Source: Gemmatimonadaceae bacterium
GTDB taxonomy: Bacteria; Gemmatimonadota; Gemmatimonadetes; Gemmatimonadales; Gemmatimonadaceae
DNA: 64,000 nt
Assembly (NCBI GenBank): GCA_045803545.1
Contig: JBJMOW010000005.1
Span: 1,120,001 to 1,184,000, forward strand
Direction: 5' to 3'
Position numbers and translations under genes: made by a program. The notes below the pieces were generated by a model. The model searched no databases and had not been told where the DNA came from. It worked only from the letters and a program-made list of their open reading frames with translations. Positions 48,559-59,189 of this stretch are shown piece by piece. Each line of letters starts with the position of its first letter. The stretch's first letter is position 1.

Positions 48559-49787
48559 AAGGGCGGCGGCGCGGCGGTTGGTGTCGCCGGCTGCAGGCAA
48601 TTTTGCCACGCTCCGGTACCGGCGTTGGTAATGAACTTCGTTCCTTCCGGAACCCGGCCCAGCCGCATCAACGTGCAACCGAGATATCCCTGTGATGCGC
48701 GATCCTGCGGATTCGTTGTTACGGCTCGCACCAGGAATCGCCGCGCGAGATCGTACTGTCGACTGGCAAATAGTACGAGACCCATCTCGCGGAGCGCGTT
48801 GGTGTTCTTTGGCTCCACCCGCAGTGCAGTGTCAAGCTCGGCGCGCGCAGTGGCGAGATCGCCATCGTTGCGAGCGAGCCGCGCCAGAAAAATGTGAGGG
48901 GTGGCAGAATTCGGATCGTCCTTCACTGCTTTGGCGAAGTTGCCGCGAGCGGTTTCGTTTTGGCCGTTTTTCATCGCTGCAATGCCGGCAGTCATGCTGT
49001 CGCTGGTACCGCCGCCACGACCGAACAGGAAGTAGCCGCCGATCAGAATCAGCGCGGCGACGGCAATACCAATCCACACTGGGAGCGAAATGTTCGGAAA
49101 GCGACTCCGGCTCTGTGCTGCCGCGAGGGCATGCTCGACCTGACCGCGTCCAACGCCGCCGCCGCCGGGCGGCGTCTTGTCGGCGCTCATCGACCTTCCC
49201 TCTGACATGAAGGCTCCCGGCATCTCAATCGTGGGCGGTCCCGCCATCTTGCGCCCGGCATAAGCCGGCGGCTGGCGATAGCCACCGCCAGCTGACGGCG
49301 GCGCATAAGGTGATGCTGGTTGGGACGGTGGCGGAGGCGGCGGAGGTGGAGCGGCTGGACGCGAGCGCGGGGTGTACGCAGCCTGGAGCGGACTGCTGGG
49401 TGTGGGACGCGAGCTCGAGGATGTCGGTGATTTCGCGCCGCTCAATCCCGATTCGAGGGCTTTGAATCCATCGACCGCGGCGTCCCCGTCCGCCTGCGTC
49501 GGCTTATAACTCGTGCGATTGGCGCGGTCTCGCGCCGCGAGAAACTCGAGAAGAGAGTGCGCCTGATCGAGCGTGATGACTTCCGCCTGTCGCGCGGCGC
49601 GAATCAACTGCTGGCCGCTGAGGGACGAGTTGCCGACGAGAGTCTGGAGGGCCGCCTCGACACCCGTCCACAAGTCGATGATGTCGGCGGCGAGATCTTC
49701 CGCCGAACGCGGTTGATCGAAGTGGGCCAGGACGGGGCGCGCGCCATTCAATGAGGCGAGCGCCGCCTGGTTGTTCTGAGGACTCAT
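48555..49787 (-). CDS. Bitopic membrane protein with Pro-rich linker and C-terminal TPR repeats
   Basis: N-terminal helical domain, poly-Pro linker, one TM helix, TPR-like repeats. Confidence 0.75.
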   Translation of the reverse strand: MSPQNNQAALASLNGARPVLAHFDQPRSAEDLAADIIDLWTGVEAALQTLVGNSSLSGQQLIRAARQAEVITLDQAHSLLEFLAARDRANRTSYKPTQADGDAAVDGFKALESGLSGAKSPTSSSSRPTPSSPLQAAYTPRSRPAAPPPPPPPPSQPASPYAPPSAGGGYRQPPAYAGRKMAGPPTIEMPGAFMSEGRSMSADKTPPGGGGVGRGQVEHALAAAQSRSRFPNISLPVWIGIAVAALILIGGYFLFGRGGGTSDSMTAGIAAMKNGQNETARGNFAKAVKDDPNSATPHIFLARLARNDGDLATARAELDTALRVEPKNTNALREMGLVLFASRQYDLARRFLVRAVTTNPQDRASQGYLGCTLMRLGRVPEGTKFITNAGTGAWQNCLQPATPTAAPPPL

Positions 49788-50836
49788 CTCAGGATGCGCA
49801 AAAGGCCTGCATCCGCGCTACGTCGAATGAAGCTCTCTGCATCCTGCTCCGGTTTCGGACTTTCCTTGAGGCAATTTGCATCGCGCATCTTGTCGACGAT
49901 TTCTTCCCAGGTCCCTTCAAATGTGTTGCCATCGTCGGTCTTAATGCGGTGGTTCTCGGGGATCGCTTTGGTCTCGGTGAAGCTCGAAAGCAGCGCGCCG
50001 AACAATTCCAGCTGCCCCTTCGCCTCGGTCTGGGCCGTCTCCATCGCCTTTGCTTCGATCTCGGCGAGCATCTCGTCGATGTCATCGAGCTCGCCCGACA
50101 GATCACGCAGTCTGTCCTCCCAAGGACGGAGCTCTGGATCGTTGTCACGCAGCCGATAGATCATTTTCTTCAGCTCAATCAATCTCCAAATGCCCAGCTC
50201 GTCCCAGTGATCGTCGGGCGATGAGCGGTCGAGATGATAGAGTGCGGCTTCGTAATCGCCGCGATCGTAAAAAATGTTGCCCAGATAAATGCGGGCTTCA
50301 GTGTGATCGGGATCCATCTGGAGCGCGCGGCGCAGCGTAGCAATCGCCGATTCGTCGTTGCCCAGTCGGTGCTCGGCGTAACCGATGCACGAGACTGCTT
50401 CAGCTGCGTCCGGTGTCTGCTGCGCGGCGATCTCGAAGAATTCCTTCGACTCCTCGATCATGCCTTCGCGGAAAAGCGCGCGACCGATCTGCAGCATCAG
50501 CTCGACGTCGTCCTGGTAACCAAGCTCGAGGCAGCGGCGAAAATTGCGCACCGCGTACTCGTCCTGTCCGAATTTCAAGAGTGTCTCACCGAGTCCGGCG
50601 AGCGCGTCCTCGTGGTCCGGATCGAGAACGAGCGCTTCTTCGAAGCTGCGCCGGGCCCACGCGTACTCTTCGCGTGCGTGGTGTGCGTAGCCAACCCCTA
50701 TGTGGAGCTCTACCGAGTTCGGGTAGAGGCCGAGTCCTTCTTTAAGTACGTCAAGCGCTTCGTCGTACTGGCCTTCGTTGTATAGCTGATGCGCTCGTTC
50801 GTCGTACTCTTCAGAACTCAAAAAAGGTGTTGGCAT
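49784..50836 (-). CDS. Tetratricopeptide repeat protein
   Basis: Multiple TPR motifs (ALVLDPDHEDALAGLG etc.). Confidence 0.85.
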   Translation of the reverse strand: MPTPFLSSEEYDERAHQLYNEGQYDEALDVLKEGLGLYPNSVELHIGVGYAHHAREEYAWARRSFEEALVLDPDHEDALAGLGETLLKFGQDEYAVRNFRRCLELGYQDDVELMLQIGRALFREGMIEESKEFFEIAAQQTPDAAEAVSCIGYAEHRLGNDESAIATLRRALQMDPDHTEARIYLGNIFYDRGDYEAALYHLDRSSPDDHWDELGIWRLIELKKMIYRLRDNDPELRPWEDRLRDLSGELDDIDEMLAEIEAKAMETAQTEAKGQLELFGALLSSFTETKAIPENHRIKTDDGNTFEGTWEEIVDKMRDANCLKESPKPEQDAESFIRRSADAGLLRILR

Positions 50837-50924
50837 CTCTAAGCACCCTCCGAGGAGTCGCGTTTAACCTATTGTACTCCTTAGACACGCTATTGTTCAA
50901 GGAGTAACATCCGCTTCAGACTGT

Positions 50925-52139
50925 TCAGGTGACGACCGCAATTTTTTCCACGAAGCGCTGCCAGCTACCGCTCTCAAGACTGAGATCGATCTCGCCGACG
51001 ACCTGCTCCACCTCTTCGTCCTTCGTGAAGAAGTGAGGCGCAATCCTGATACCAGCGCTGACCCGATAGTCGACGAGGATGTCCTTGGACAGAAGGACTT
51101 GAGTAACCTCGTAACCGTGGGGAACATCCATCGCTACCGTGCCACCCCTGCGCTCAGGGCGCCGCGCCGCAGTCACCTTGTAGCCGCGCGCGTCGGCCAG
51201 CTCGATCAGCCTTGTCGTCAACCGGAGGCTCTTCGCCCTGATCGCGTCGATTCCAGCGCGACGAATGATTCGCGTTCCTTCGGTCGCGATGTAGAGAGCT
51301 GGAATTATCGGGGTGCCGTTTAACCAACGGAAAGCACCCGAGGTGTATTCCATCGTTTCTTCGAAGGCGAACGGCCGCGAATGAGCCTGCCAGCCAGTGA
51401 GCGCCGGCTTGAGCTTATCGCGGACATCCGAGCTGACGTAAAGGAAACAGGCGCCCGGCCCGCCACAAAGCCACTTGAGTACGCCACCCGTCAGGAAATC
51501 CGCGTTGCTTCGTTTCACGTCTACAGGAACGATCCCGACAGCGTGAAACGAGTCGAGGGAAACCAGCGCGCCCATTTCATGCGCTCGGCGACAGATCGCG
51601 TCGACATCCATCAGGAAAGCGCTGCGAAACAGTACGTGTGACACGGCGACCAGCCGCGTGCGCTCATCGATAGCTGACAGCAGGGTTTCGAGATCGATGC
51701 CGATCCCATCGTCCGACTTGACCGAAACGATCCGAGCGCCGAGCCGCTGCGCCATCTCGGCGTAAGCGTAGCGGACTGACGGAAAGTCGAGATCGGTCAT
51801 CACAATAGTGTCCCGACCTTTCGGGAAATCGATCGCCGAGAGCACCGCGGTTTGGGCGATGGTGACGTTGGGCATCATCACGATCTCGCCAGGGTCAGCG
51901 TTGATCAAAGGCGCGATCTCGTTGCCGACTTCGACCGGAAATTCCCACCAGCCTCGGTTCCACGCCTTCACTCCCAGCTCGCCCCAATCTCTCGCGTACT
52001 CGGCAAGTCTCTCGGGGACGGTGCGAGGCATCGGCCCGAGCGAGTTCGAGACGAGATAGTTGGTCTTCGCAAGGATGGGAAACTCCTCGCGGAAGCCAAG
52101 CAGCGGATCTCCGCGTCCGGCTACGGTTTTTTGCGTCAC
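50925..52139 (-). CDS. Kynureninase-like class V PLP enzyme
   Basis: FREEFP, YLVSNSLG, DSFHAVG, GGVLKWLCGGPG. Start approximate. Confidence 0.85.
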   Translation of the reverse strand: MTQKTVAGRGDPLLGFREEFPILAKTNYLVSNSLGPMPRTVPERLAEYARDWGELGVKAWNRGWWEFPVEVGNEIAPLINADPGEIVMMPNVTIAQTAVLSAIDFPKGRDTIVMTDLDFPSVRYAYAEMAQRLGARIVSVKSDDGIGIDLETLLSAIDERTRLVAVSHVLFRSAFLMDVDAICRRAHEMGALVSLDSFHAVGIVPVDVKRSNADFLTGGVLKWLCGGPGACFLYVSSDVRDKLKPALTGWQAHSRPFAFEETMEYTSGAFRWLNGTPIIPALYIATEGTRIIRRAGIDAIRAKSLRLTTRLIELADARGYKVTAARRPERRGGTVAMDVPHGYEVTQVLLSKDILVDYRVSAGIRIAPHFFTKDEEVEQVVGEIDLSLESGSWQRFVEKIAVVT

Positions 52140-52170
52140 GCTGGAGTGCTTGGCCAACTCGGCGCGGAGC

Positions 52171-53826
52171 TCAGAGTCCTTTTCGCGATGCGTCGCGCAG
52201 CGCCTTGAACTCGGCATCGGCGTTCCAGGTCGGAACGGTCTCAGCGTTCGCGAGGCTGCTTCCGAAGCGGTAAACGATCTCACCGAGCTGGGCGGCGCCA
52301 GTCAGATCGAAGTCGGCGCGATACTCGTCAGAGGGCTGATGGTAGCGATGCGCGGTGTAGTCCTCTGCCTGTTGCAATCCCCAGCCCGCGGGATGACCGA
52401 CGTAGTCGATACCGCCACCGATCGAGACCGATGGAATTCCGACCTTGGCGAATGAGAAGTGGTCGGACCGATAGAAATGGCCAGCTTCCGGATGCGCATC
52501 GGGTGAGAGAGTGATTCCCTGCGCTCGAACCAGCCGAGCGAGTGCGGGGCCCAGCGTGCTTTTGTTGTCGCCCATCACATTCAGATCACGCACTCGGCCG
52601 TTGGCCGGCACCACGTCCATGTTGAGTGCAGCCACGATCCTGGATGCGGGAACGGTTGGATGTTCCCCGAAATACTGTGAGCCGAGCAATCCGGATTCTT
52701 CGGCGGTGACGAATATGAAGAGCTGAGACCGTCGCGGCTTCACGCCCTCGGCGGCGGCATGAGCGATCGTGAGAACGGTGGCGACGCCGGACGCGTTGTC
52801 GACCGCGCCGTTGTAGATCGAATCGCCGTTCACGACTGGTCCAATCCCGAAGTGATCCCAGTGCGCGGAGTACACGACGTACTCGTCGCGCACTTTCGGG
52901 TCGATTCCGCGCACGACTCCGACGACGTTGTTCGCCGAGAGGTGTTGCAGGCTATTCTGCATCGACGCATCGATCATGATTCCGGTGTTGATCGGCCGGA
53001 AATCACGCGACTCGGCCTGTTTGCGCAGCGTCGCCATGTTGAGTCCTGCCTGTGCGAGCAGCGCCGTGGCAGCGCTGTCGGTTATCCAGCCGCGAACGCC
53101 GAGCGGAGCTGGCGCGTTGGCAGGCCGCGGTAGCAGGCGGTGTTCAGTTGAATTCGAGGCGGTGACGACCTGCCAACCGTAGCCGGCGGCCGGTGTCGTG
53201 TGAACGATGAGCATTCCCGCCGCCCCACGACGCTCTGCTTCCTCGTACTTGTAGGTCCAACGGCCGTAATAAGTCATGGCTTTCCCGCCGAACAGGTTCG
53301 GCTCGGAGGCCGGGGCGGGAGGATCGTTCACGAGAACGAGCAGGATTTTGCCGCGAACGTCGGTGCCTTTGAAGTCATCCCACTTGTATTCGGGGGCACT
53401 GGCGCCGTAGCCGACAAAAACGAGCTCGCCACGGGCATTGCTGGATTCGGTCGCTGAGCCGGGCCACACGACAACGTCGTCGGTAAAGCGAAGGTTGGCG
53501 CTGGCCTTGCCCGATGCGATCACTCGGATGGTTTGGGGGTCGGCTCTAACAACATCGATGGGGACGCGCTGGAAATACGAGCTGTCGCCGACACCCGGTC
53601 TTACGCCAAAGGTCTGGAGTTGGGTGGCGAGATACTGTTCGGTCAGGCGTCCGCCTCGGGTAGCGGGGGCCCGGCCTTCCAGCAGGTCGGACGCGAGGAA
53701 CCGAAGGTGCGCATCGATCTCCTCCGGTGTAATAGCAGCAGGACTTCCTGATTGCCCCGAAACGTATGAGGCGGGTAGGAGCGTAGTGAATACAAGTGCG
53801 ACAAGCAAACGAATTGCGCGTCTCAT
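52171..53826 (-). CDS. M28 family aminopeptidase with PA domain, secreted
   Basis: SAHWDH, GAVDNASG, TAEESGLLGS, RSDHFSF, YHQPSD. Confidence 0.93.
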   Translation of the reverse strand: MRRAIRLLVALVFTTLLPASYVSGQSGSPAAITPEEIDAHLRFLASDLLEGRAPATRGGRLTEQYLATQLQTFGVRPGVGDSSYFQRVPIDVVRADPQTIRVIASGKASANLRFTDDVVVWPGSATESSNARGELVFVGYGASAPEYKWDDFKGTDVRGKILLVLVNDPPAPASEPNLFGGKAMTYYGRWTYKYEEAERRGAAGMLIVHTTPAAGYGWQVVTASNSTEHRLLPRPANAPAPLGVRGWITDSAATALLAQAGLNMATLRKQAESRDFRPINTGIMIDASMQNSLQHLSANNVVGVVRGIDPKVRDEYVVYSAHWDHFGIGPVVNGDSIYNGAVDNASGVATVLTIAHAAAEGVKPRRSQLFIFVTAEESGLLGSQYFGEHPTVPASRIVAALNMDVVPANGRVRDLNVMGDNKSTLGPALARLVRAQGITLSPDAHPEAGHFYRSDHFSFAKVGIPSVSIGGGIDYVGHPAGWGLQQAEDYTAHRYHQPSDEYRADFDLTGAAQLGEIVYRFGSSLANAETVPTWNADAEFKALRDASRKGL

Positions 53827-53887
53827 CGATTACTCAGTCAGTGTGATGGTAGTCCTTACATTATAGCTCCCGGAACGTCCCCTTAGC

Positions 53888-55051
53888 ATGACCCCACAAC
53901 CACGGATATCGCGCTTGTCTCCGGTAAAGCCGCGCCGCAAAGCTCACAAGATCGCGCTCGTTCTTGGCGGCGGTGGTCTTAAGGGCTTCGCGCACATCGG
54001 GGTATTTCGCGCGCTGCACGAGATGGGGATCGTGCCGACCGTAGTCGCAGGCACCAGCATCGGCGCGCTGATCGGCGCGGCGTACGCCCGTGGGATGCCG
54101 ATCGACGAGATGGCAGATCGCGCCCGCGGCCTCAAGCGGCGGGATCTCTTCCGCCTCAATCGAATGGGGATGCTGATCGAGCGACAGCATTCACCGGCGA
54201 TCTATCTGGAGGAGCCGCTACGCGAAGTGGTGAAATCGGTAGCGACGGAAAAGCGCATCGAACAAATGAAAACGACGCTCCTGGTCAACACCGTCGACAT
54301 CACGCGCGGCAGTCAGGTCGTGTGGGGATTGCCAGGCCTTCGTCACGTGAGCGTCGCTGATGCGGTCTACGCATCGTGCGCACTGCCTGGTTTCTATCCG
54401 CCGGGAAAGATCGACGGGCGTCTGTGTGTCGATGGCGGTGTTCTCGACAATCTGCCGGTATCGGTTGCGTCGCTGGGAATGGATGCAGTGATTGCAGTCG
54501 ACACCGGTTCAAGCGACATGGAGCCGGAGAACGACATTGCAACGGCCGGGTTCGCGTCGATTTACATGCGGGCCGCATCGACGATGATGCACGCGCTGCA
54601 GCTGGCGCCGTTCAATGGCTGGACACGGCCGCCCATGATTCTGATTCGACCGCGCGTAAATCACATCGGCTGGTTCAGCTTCTCGAACACCGAGGAGCTG
54701 CTCGAAGCCGGTTACACCGCGGCGCTGGAAGCGTGCAAGCACTATGAGGAATGCATCGCCTGGGGAATTGGCGTCTTTCCGCGGCGCGCGATGCAAATCA
54801 CAGTAGACCGTGCGAAGTGCATCGGCTGCACGCTGTGCACAGCGATGGCGCCCGATCTGATGGCGATGGACTCGCAGCAGAAGGCCTATCCGCTCCAGCC
54901 GATCGTGGAATGGTCACCTGCGGACGGCGACTTCGTGCACCACTGCCCGACGTACGCAATCGAGGCGACGCGGATCGATTCGCAAGATGCGCCAATTGCA
55001 CGCCCTACTGTGGATCCGACAAGCGAGCCGACGACTCGAAAGACCGGGTGA
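53888..55051 (+). CDS. Patatin-like phospholipase with C-terminal ferredoxin-like domain
   Basis: GGGGLKG, GTSIG, DGG motifs; C-terminal CIGCTLC...CP. Confidence 0.88.
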   Translation: MTPQPRISRLSPVKPRRKAHKIALVLGGGGLKGFAHIGVFRALHEMGIVPTVVAGTSIGALIGAAYARGMPIDEMADRARGLKRRDLFRLNRMGMLIERQHSPAIYLEEPLREVVKSVATEKRIEQMKTTLLVNTVDITRGSQVVWGLPGLRHVSVADAVYASCALPGFYPPGKIDGRLCVDGGVLDNLPVSVASLGMDAVIAVDTGSSDMEPENDIATAGFASIYMRAASTMMHALQLAPFNGWTRPPMILIRPRVNHIGWFSFSNTEELLEAGYTAALEACKHYEECIAWGIGVFPRRAMQITVDRAKCIGCTLCTAMAPDLMAMDSQQKAYPLQPIVEWSPADGDFVHHCPTYAIEATRIDSQDAPIARPTVDPTSEPTTRKTG

Positions 55052-55092
55052 GAACTGCGCCGCGGCCCCGTTCAAGAGTCCGCGGCTCAGAG

Positions 55093-55743
55093 CTAATAAG
55101 CGACGCCGAATCGCGCGCCCGCGTGTTGCGGATTCTCGATCTCGTCGAGGAGCGCGACGGCGTAGTCCTCCATAGTGATCTGGCTTTTGCCGTTCTGGTC
55201 GGTGATGAGCTTTTCGGCGGTGGTGCGGTACTCGCCGGTGCGCTGGCCCGGAAAGATCTCGGCGGCGGGACTGATGAAAGTCCAGTCGATACCTTCGCCT
55301 TCGCTGCGATACACGTCGAGGCTCTCGGCGCCTTCAATTGCCTCGGCCTTGTAGATATCCGGAAAGCCGGGCGCGTCGAGCAGCCTGAGCCCCGGCGCCA
55401 CTTCGAGCGTTGATGCACCACCAACTACAAGCAGTCGCTTCACGCCCGCCTTCTTCGTCCCCTCGATCAAGGCGCGCGCTGCGTCCGCCAATCTTGGCGC
55501 CGGCAATCCTCGGCTATTTGGCCGCGGTGAGATCGCGCTGACTACGACATCAGCCCCCTTCACCACTTTGGCCACGCTGTCGGCGCTGGTGGCGTCACCC
55601 TTCACCAGCTTCACTCGCGGATCGGGTGACGAACTTTGCGACGGCTCACGAACAACTCCGACGACTTCGTGACCGCGCCGCAGCGCTTCGGCCGTGATGC
55701 GCTGGCCGATGTTTCCGGTCGCACCAAAGAGAACGATTTTCAT
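55093..55743 (-). CDS. NAD(P)-dependent oxidoreductase (YwnB-like)
   Basis: GATGNIG, VVGGASTL, DWTFISP, DYAVALLDE. Confidence 0.9.
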   Translation of the reverse strand: MKIVLFGATGNIGQRITAEALRRGHEVVGVVREPSQSSSPDPRVKLVKGDATSADSVAKVVKGADVVVSAISPRPNSRGLPAPRLADAARALIEGTKKAGVKRLLVVGGASTLEVAPGLRLLDAPGFPDIYKAEAIEGAESLDVYRSEGEGIDWTFISPAAEIFPGQRTGEYRTTAEKLITDQNGKSQITMEDYAVALLDEIENPQHAGARFGVAY

Positions 55744-55886
55744 CGACGGGCTCCTACTGCTCTGTCAGAGGAAGGGTTGCCGGCGCTGGTGAAAGGGAGC
55801 ACCAGCGCAGCACAAGGACTGATTGAGGCGTTCGGACTAACCGCCAGTCCGGACTGCGGACTAATTAAGGATAGCGGATTAGAGGC

Positions 55887-56005
55887 AGTCCGAGTTTCGA
55901 GCTAAGTCCGAAGTTCGAACCCATTACGAGTTGCGAGCGGTTCGCGCGGTCTAGCTCTCGACTCGCAATAGGCTCGCAACTCGGACTCAGCTCGCAACTC
56001 GGACT
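55887..56005. repeat. Inverted repeat built from 18-bp units (AGTCCGAGTTGCGAGCTG-like)
   Basis: Arms 55887-55938 and 55954-56005 are imperfect reverse complements with a loop of about 15 nt. Confidence 0.8.
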
Positions 56006-56132
56006 CGGCTTCCAGTCCCAACCCCTCAATCCCGTATTAAATTGCCATTAGCCTGCAATTCGCGTTGCGGATTGCAGTGGCTCCGCTCCTACCGGCCAGC
56101 GCAATGCCGCGGCCAAAGTACGAGACAAAGCA

Positions 56133-58922
56133 ATGACACACCCGAATTCCTTCGGTAGCCGATCAACGCTCGACGTTGCTGGTCGGCAGTACACGATCTT
56201 TCGGCTGGATTCCCTCGCCCAGATCGCGGGTGGGAACGCGCAACGGCTCCCTTTCAGCCTCAAGATCCTGCTCGAAAATCTGCTGCGAAACGAAGACGAC
56301 AAGTTCGTCAAGGCGGATGATATCCGCGCCCTTGCCGGCTGGGACGTAAAGGGAAAGACCGAAAAAGAAATCGCTTTTAGAACCGCGCGGGTTCTGCTTC
56401 AGGATTTTACCGGCGTCCCCGCGGTCGTCGATCTCGCGTCGATGCGCGATGCGCTCGCCCGACTCGGGGGCGATCCACAACTGATCAACCCGCTGCAGCC
56501 GGTCGATCTCGTGATCGACCACTCGGTCCAGGTCGATGAGTACGGATCTGAGGCGGCGCTCCTGATCAATGCCGACTTCGAGTTCCGCCGCAATCAGGAG
56601 CGGTACGCATTCCTGCGCTGGGGACAGAAAGCGCTCCACAACTTTCGCGTGGTGCCGCCGGACACCGGCATCGTCCACCAGATCAATCTTGAGTATCTGG
56701 CCAAAGGCGTCTTCACCGAAGTCGTCGGCAAGCAGACCTACGCATACCCTGATTCGCTCGTCGGCACCGACTCGCATACGACCATGATCAACGGCCTCGG
56801 CGTGCTCGGCTGGGGCGTAGGGGGAATCGAAGCGGAAGCGGCGATGCTTGGCCAGCCGGTATCGATGCTGATCCCCGAAGTCGTCGGGTTCAAGCTGCAC
56901 GGCAAGCTGCCACCGGGCGCCACCGCAACCGATCTCGTGCTCACGGTCACCGAGATGCTGCGCAAGAAAAAAGTGGTCGGGAAATTCGTCGAGTTTTACG
57001 GTGCGGGCTTGTCTTCGCTCTCGCTCGCAGATCGCGCGACCATCGGCAACATGGCGCCCGAGTATGGCGCGACGATGGGATTCTTCCCGGTCGACGCCGA
57101 GACGGTGAACTATCTCAGATTCACGGGACGGGACGAGTCGCAGGTGCAGCTCGTCGAGGCGTACTGCAAGGCGCAGGGACTTTTCCGCACCGACGAGACG
57201 CTGGATCCAGCTTTCAGCGACACGCTGGAGCTCGATCTGCGCAGCGTCGAGCCAAGCCTCGCCGGCCCGAAGCGTCCTCAGGATCGAGTGCCGCTCAAAC
57301 TCGCCAAGAAAATGTTCAGAGAGGCGTTGCGAGCTGATCTCGATCGCACCGGGACGGTCGCAGCAGTCGCGGCGGCGAAGCAGGCGATGCAGGTGGCAGC
57401 GTCGCCTCAGCTTTCTCCATCCGTCGTCGCCACCGATCCGGATGAGCAGGCGGGTCAGCACTCGAGCATTTCAGTGCAGATGAATGGCGAGACTTTTTCG
57501 ATACGTCACGGCTCGGTGGTGATCGCGGCGATTACGAGCTGCACCAACACGTCAAATCCGAGTGTGATGCTCGCGGCAGGACTGCTGGCGAGAAACGCAG
57601 TCGGCAAAGGTTTGGCGTCGAAGCCGTGGGTGAAGACGAGCCTCGCGCCGGGCTCCAAAGTCGTGACCGACTACTTCAAGAAAGCCGGAGTGATGGGCGC
57701 GCTACAGCAGCTGCGCTTCAACGTCGTTGGTTTCGGCTGCACGACATGTATCGGCAACTCCGGCCCGTTGCCGCAGCCGATCGCTGAAGCAGTCGAAGCG
57801 AACAAGCTGGTGGTCGCATCGGTTCTGTCGGGCAATCGCAACTTCGAAGGACGCATCAATCCCCTGACGCGCTTCAACTATCTGGCTTCACCGCCGTTGG
57901 TCGTCGCGTATGCGCTCGCGGGTCGGATGGATATCGATTTCAACACCGAGCCGGTTGGCGTCGGGAAGGATGGTCCTGTCTTCCTGCGAGACCTCTGGCC
58001 GAGCCCGAAGGAAGTCGAAGAAGAGATCTTGCGCTCTGTGAAGGCCGAAATGTTCAAGGCGCAGTACTCGAATGTCTTCCACGGCGATGATAATTGGCGG
58101 GGACTGCCCGTTCCCGAGGGCGATTTGTACGCGTGGGACGCGGACTCGACCTACGTCAAGAATCCGCCATTCTTCGAGGGAATGACGCTGACGCCGCCAG
58201 GCGTTCGTCCAATCGCCAACGCGAAGGCGCTTGGTATGTTCGCAGATTCGATCACCACCGATCACATCTCGCCGGCGGGTTCCATTCCGGCGTCGAGTCC
58301 GGCGGGCAAGTGGTTGATCGAGCACGGTGTGAAGACCGCGGACTTCAACTCGTACGGGGCACGGCGCGGCAATCATGAGGTAATGATGCGCGGCACCTTC
58401 GCAAACATTCGGCTTCGCAACGAGCTCGCGCCGGGAACTGAAGGCGGCTGGACAACTCTTGCAGCCGGTGGGAAGCCGATCACGATCTATGACGCAGCGA
58501 TGGAGTACCAGCAGGCGGGCACACCGCTCGTCATCGTCGCAGGCAAAGAATACGGAACCGGCTCGTCACGCGATTGGGCAGCAAAGGGAACGCTTTTGCT
58601 CGGCGTGCGCGCAGTGATCGCCGAGTCCTTCGAGCGAATCCATCGCTCGAACCTGATCGGCATGGGCGTGCTGCCGCTCGAGTTCCTGCCGGGCGAAACG
58701 CGGCAGACGGTCGGGCTCAGCGGTTTCGAGACGTTCTCGATCGAGGGCATGACCAACGAAATAAAACCGCGTTCCGCGTTGACGGTTCGGGCACGGGCAG
58801 CTGACGGAAGCGAGAAAACCTTCAAGGTCGTGTCGCGTATCGATACGCCAGAGGAGCTGAGCTACTATCGGCACGGGGGCATACTGCCGTACGTGCTGCG
58901 GCAGCTCGTTTCTGGACGGTGA
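56133..58922 (+). CDS. acnA: Aconitate hydratase A
   Basis: [44 protein letters not shown]. Confidence 0.97.
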   Translation: MTHPNSFGSRSTLDVAGRQYTIFRLDSLAQIAGGNAQRLPFSLKILLENLLRNEDDKFVKADDIRALAGWDVKGKTEKEIAFRTARVLLQDFTGVPAVVDLASMRDALARLGGDPQLINPLQPVDLVIDHSVQVDEYGSEAALLINADFEFRRNQERYAFLRWGQKALHNFRVVPPDTGIVHQINLEYLAKGVFTEVVGKQTYAYPDSLVGTDSHTTMINGLGVLGWGVGGIEAEAAMLGQPVSMLIPEVVGFKLHGKLPPGATATDLVLTVTEMLRKKKVVGKFVEFYGAGLSSLSLADRATIGNMAPEYGATMGFFPVDAETVNYLRFTGRDESQVQLVEAYCKAQGLFRTDETLDPAFSDTLELDLRSVEPSLAGPKRPQDRVPLKLAKKMFREALRADLDRTGTVAAVAAAKQAMQVAASPQLSPSVVATDPDEQAGQHSSISVQMNGETFSIRHGSVVIAAITSCTNTSNPSVMLAAGLLARNAVGKGLASKPWVKTSLAPGSKVVTDYFKKAGVMGALQQLRFNVVGFGCTTCIGNSGPLPQPIAEAVEANKLVVASVLSGNRNFEGRINPLTRFNYLASPPLVVAYALAGRMDIDFNTEPVGVGKDGPVFLRDLWPSPKEVEEEILRSVKAEMFKAQYSNVFHGDDNWRGLPVPEGDLYAWDADSTYVKNPPFFEGMTLTPPGVRPIANAKALGMFADSITTDHISPAGSIPASSPAGKWLIEHGVKTADFNSYGARRGNHEVMMRGTFANIRLRNELAPGTEGGWTTLAAGGKPITIYDAAMEYQQAGTPLVIVAGKEYGTGSSRDWAAKGTLLLGVRAVIAESFERIHRSNLIGMGVLPLEFLPGETRQTVGLSGFETFSIEGMTNEIKPRSALTVRARAADGSEKTFKVVSRIDTPEELSYYRHGGILPYVLRQLVSGR

Positions 58923-58946
58923 CTGCGGACTGAGACCTGGACAATC

Positions 58947-58982
58947 GAAAGGGACGAGCATTCGCTCGTCCCTTTTTGTTTT
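58947..58982 (+). terminator. Rho-independent terminator after acnA
   Basis: AAAGGGACGAGC-ATTC-GCTCGTCCCTTT followed by a T-tract. Confidence 0.9.
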
Positions 58983-58984
58983 GA

Positions 58985-59189
58985 TAACTACCTCCCTTAT
59001 TAGCCGAGAGCAGCTGGCTGATAGCTATTCGCTGCAGGCGACGGGACAGGCCTCCTTCGCATTCCATTAACAACCGTCTTTTCCTCAGGATGATCGCGAT
59101 CTGTCCCGTTGCAGGCAGCCATCAGCCACTAGCCTGCTGCTATCAGCTACCAGCGAGGTCGTGGCTTCTAAAGTCCTCAGTCCGCAGTC
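58985..59189. repeat. Intergenic fold-back element, copy 2
   Basis: Colinear with 38890-39070 (TATTAGC..GCAGCT.GCTGAT.GCTA.TCGCTGC..GCGACGGGACAG..TCGCGATCTGTC..GCTGCTATCAGCTACCAGCG). Confidence 0.8.

Noticed and set aside
56053..56077. Hairpin CTGCAATTCGC-GTT-GCGGATTGCAG upstream of acnA as an iron-responsive element
   Set aside because: It has no CAGUG loop or bulged C; a single short hairpin is insufficient evidence.
56163..57461. 432-aa antisense ORF inside acnA (and similar shadows in acs and ppa)
   Set aside because: Typical antisense open frames caused by high-GC codon bias; no motifs.
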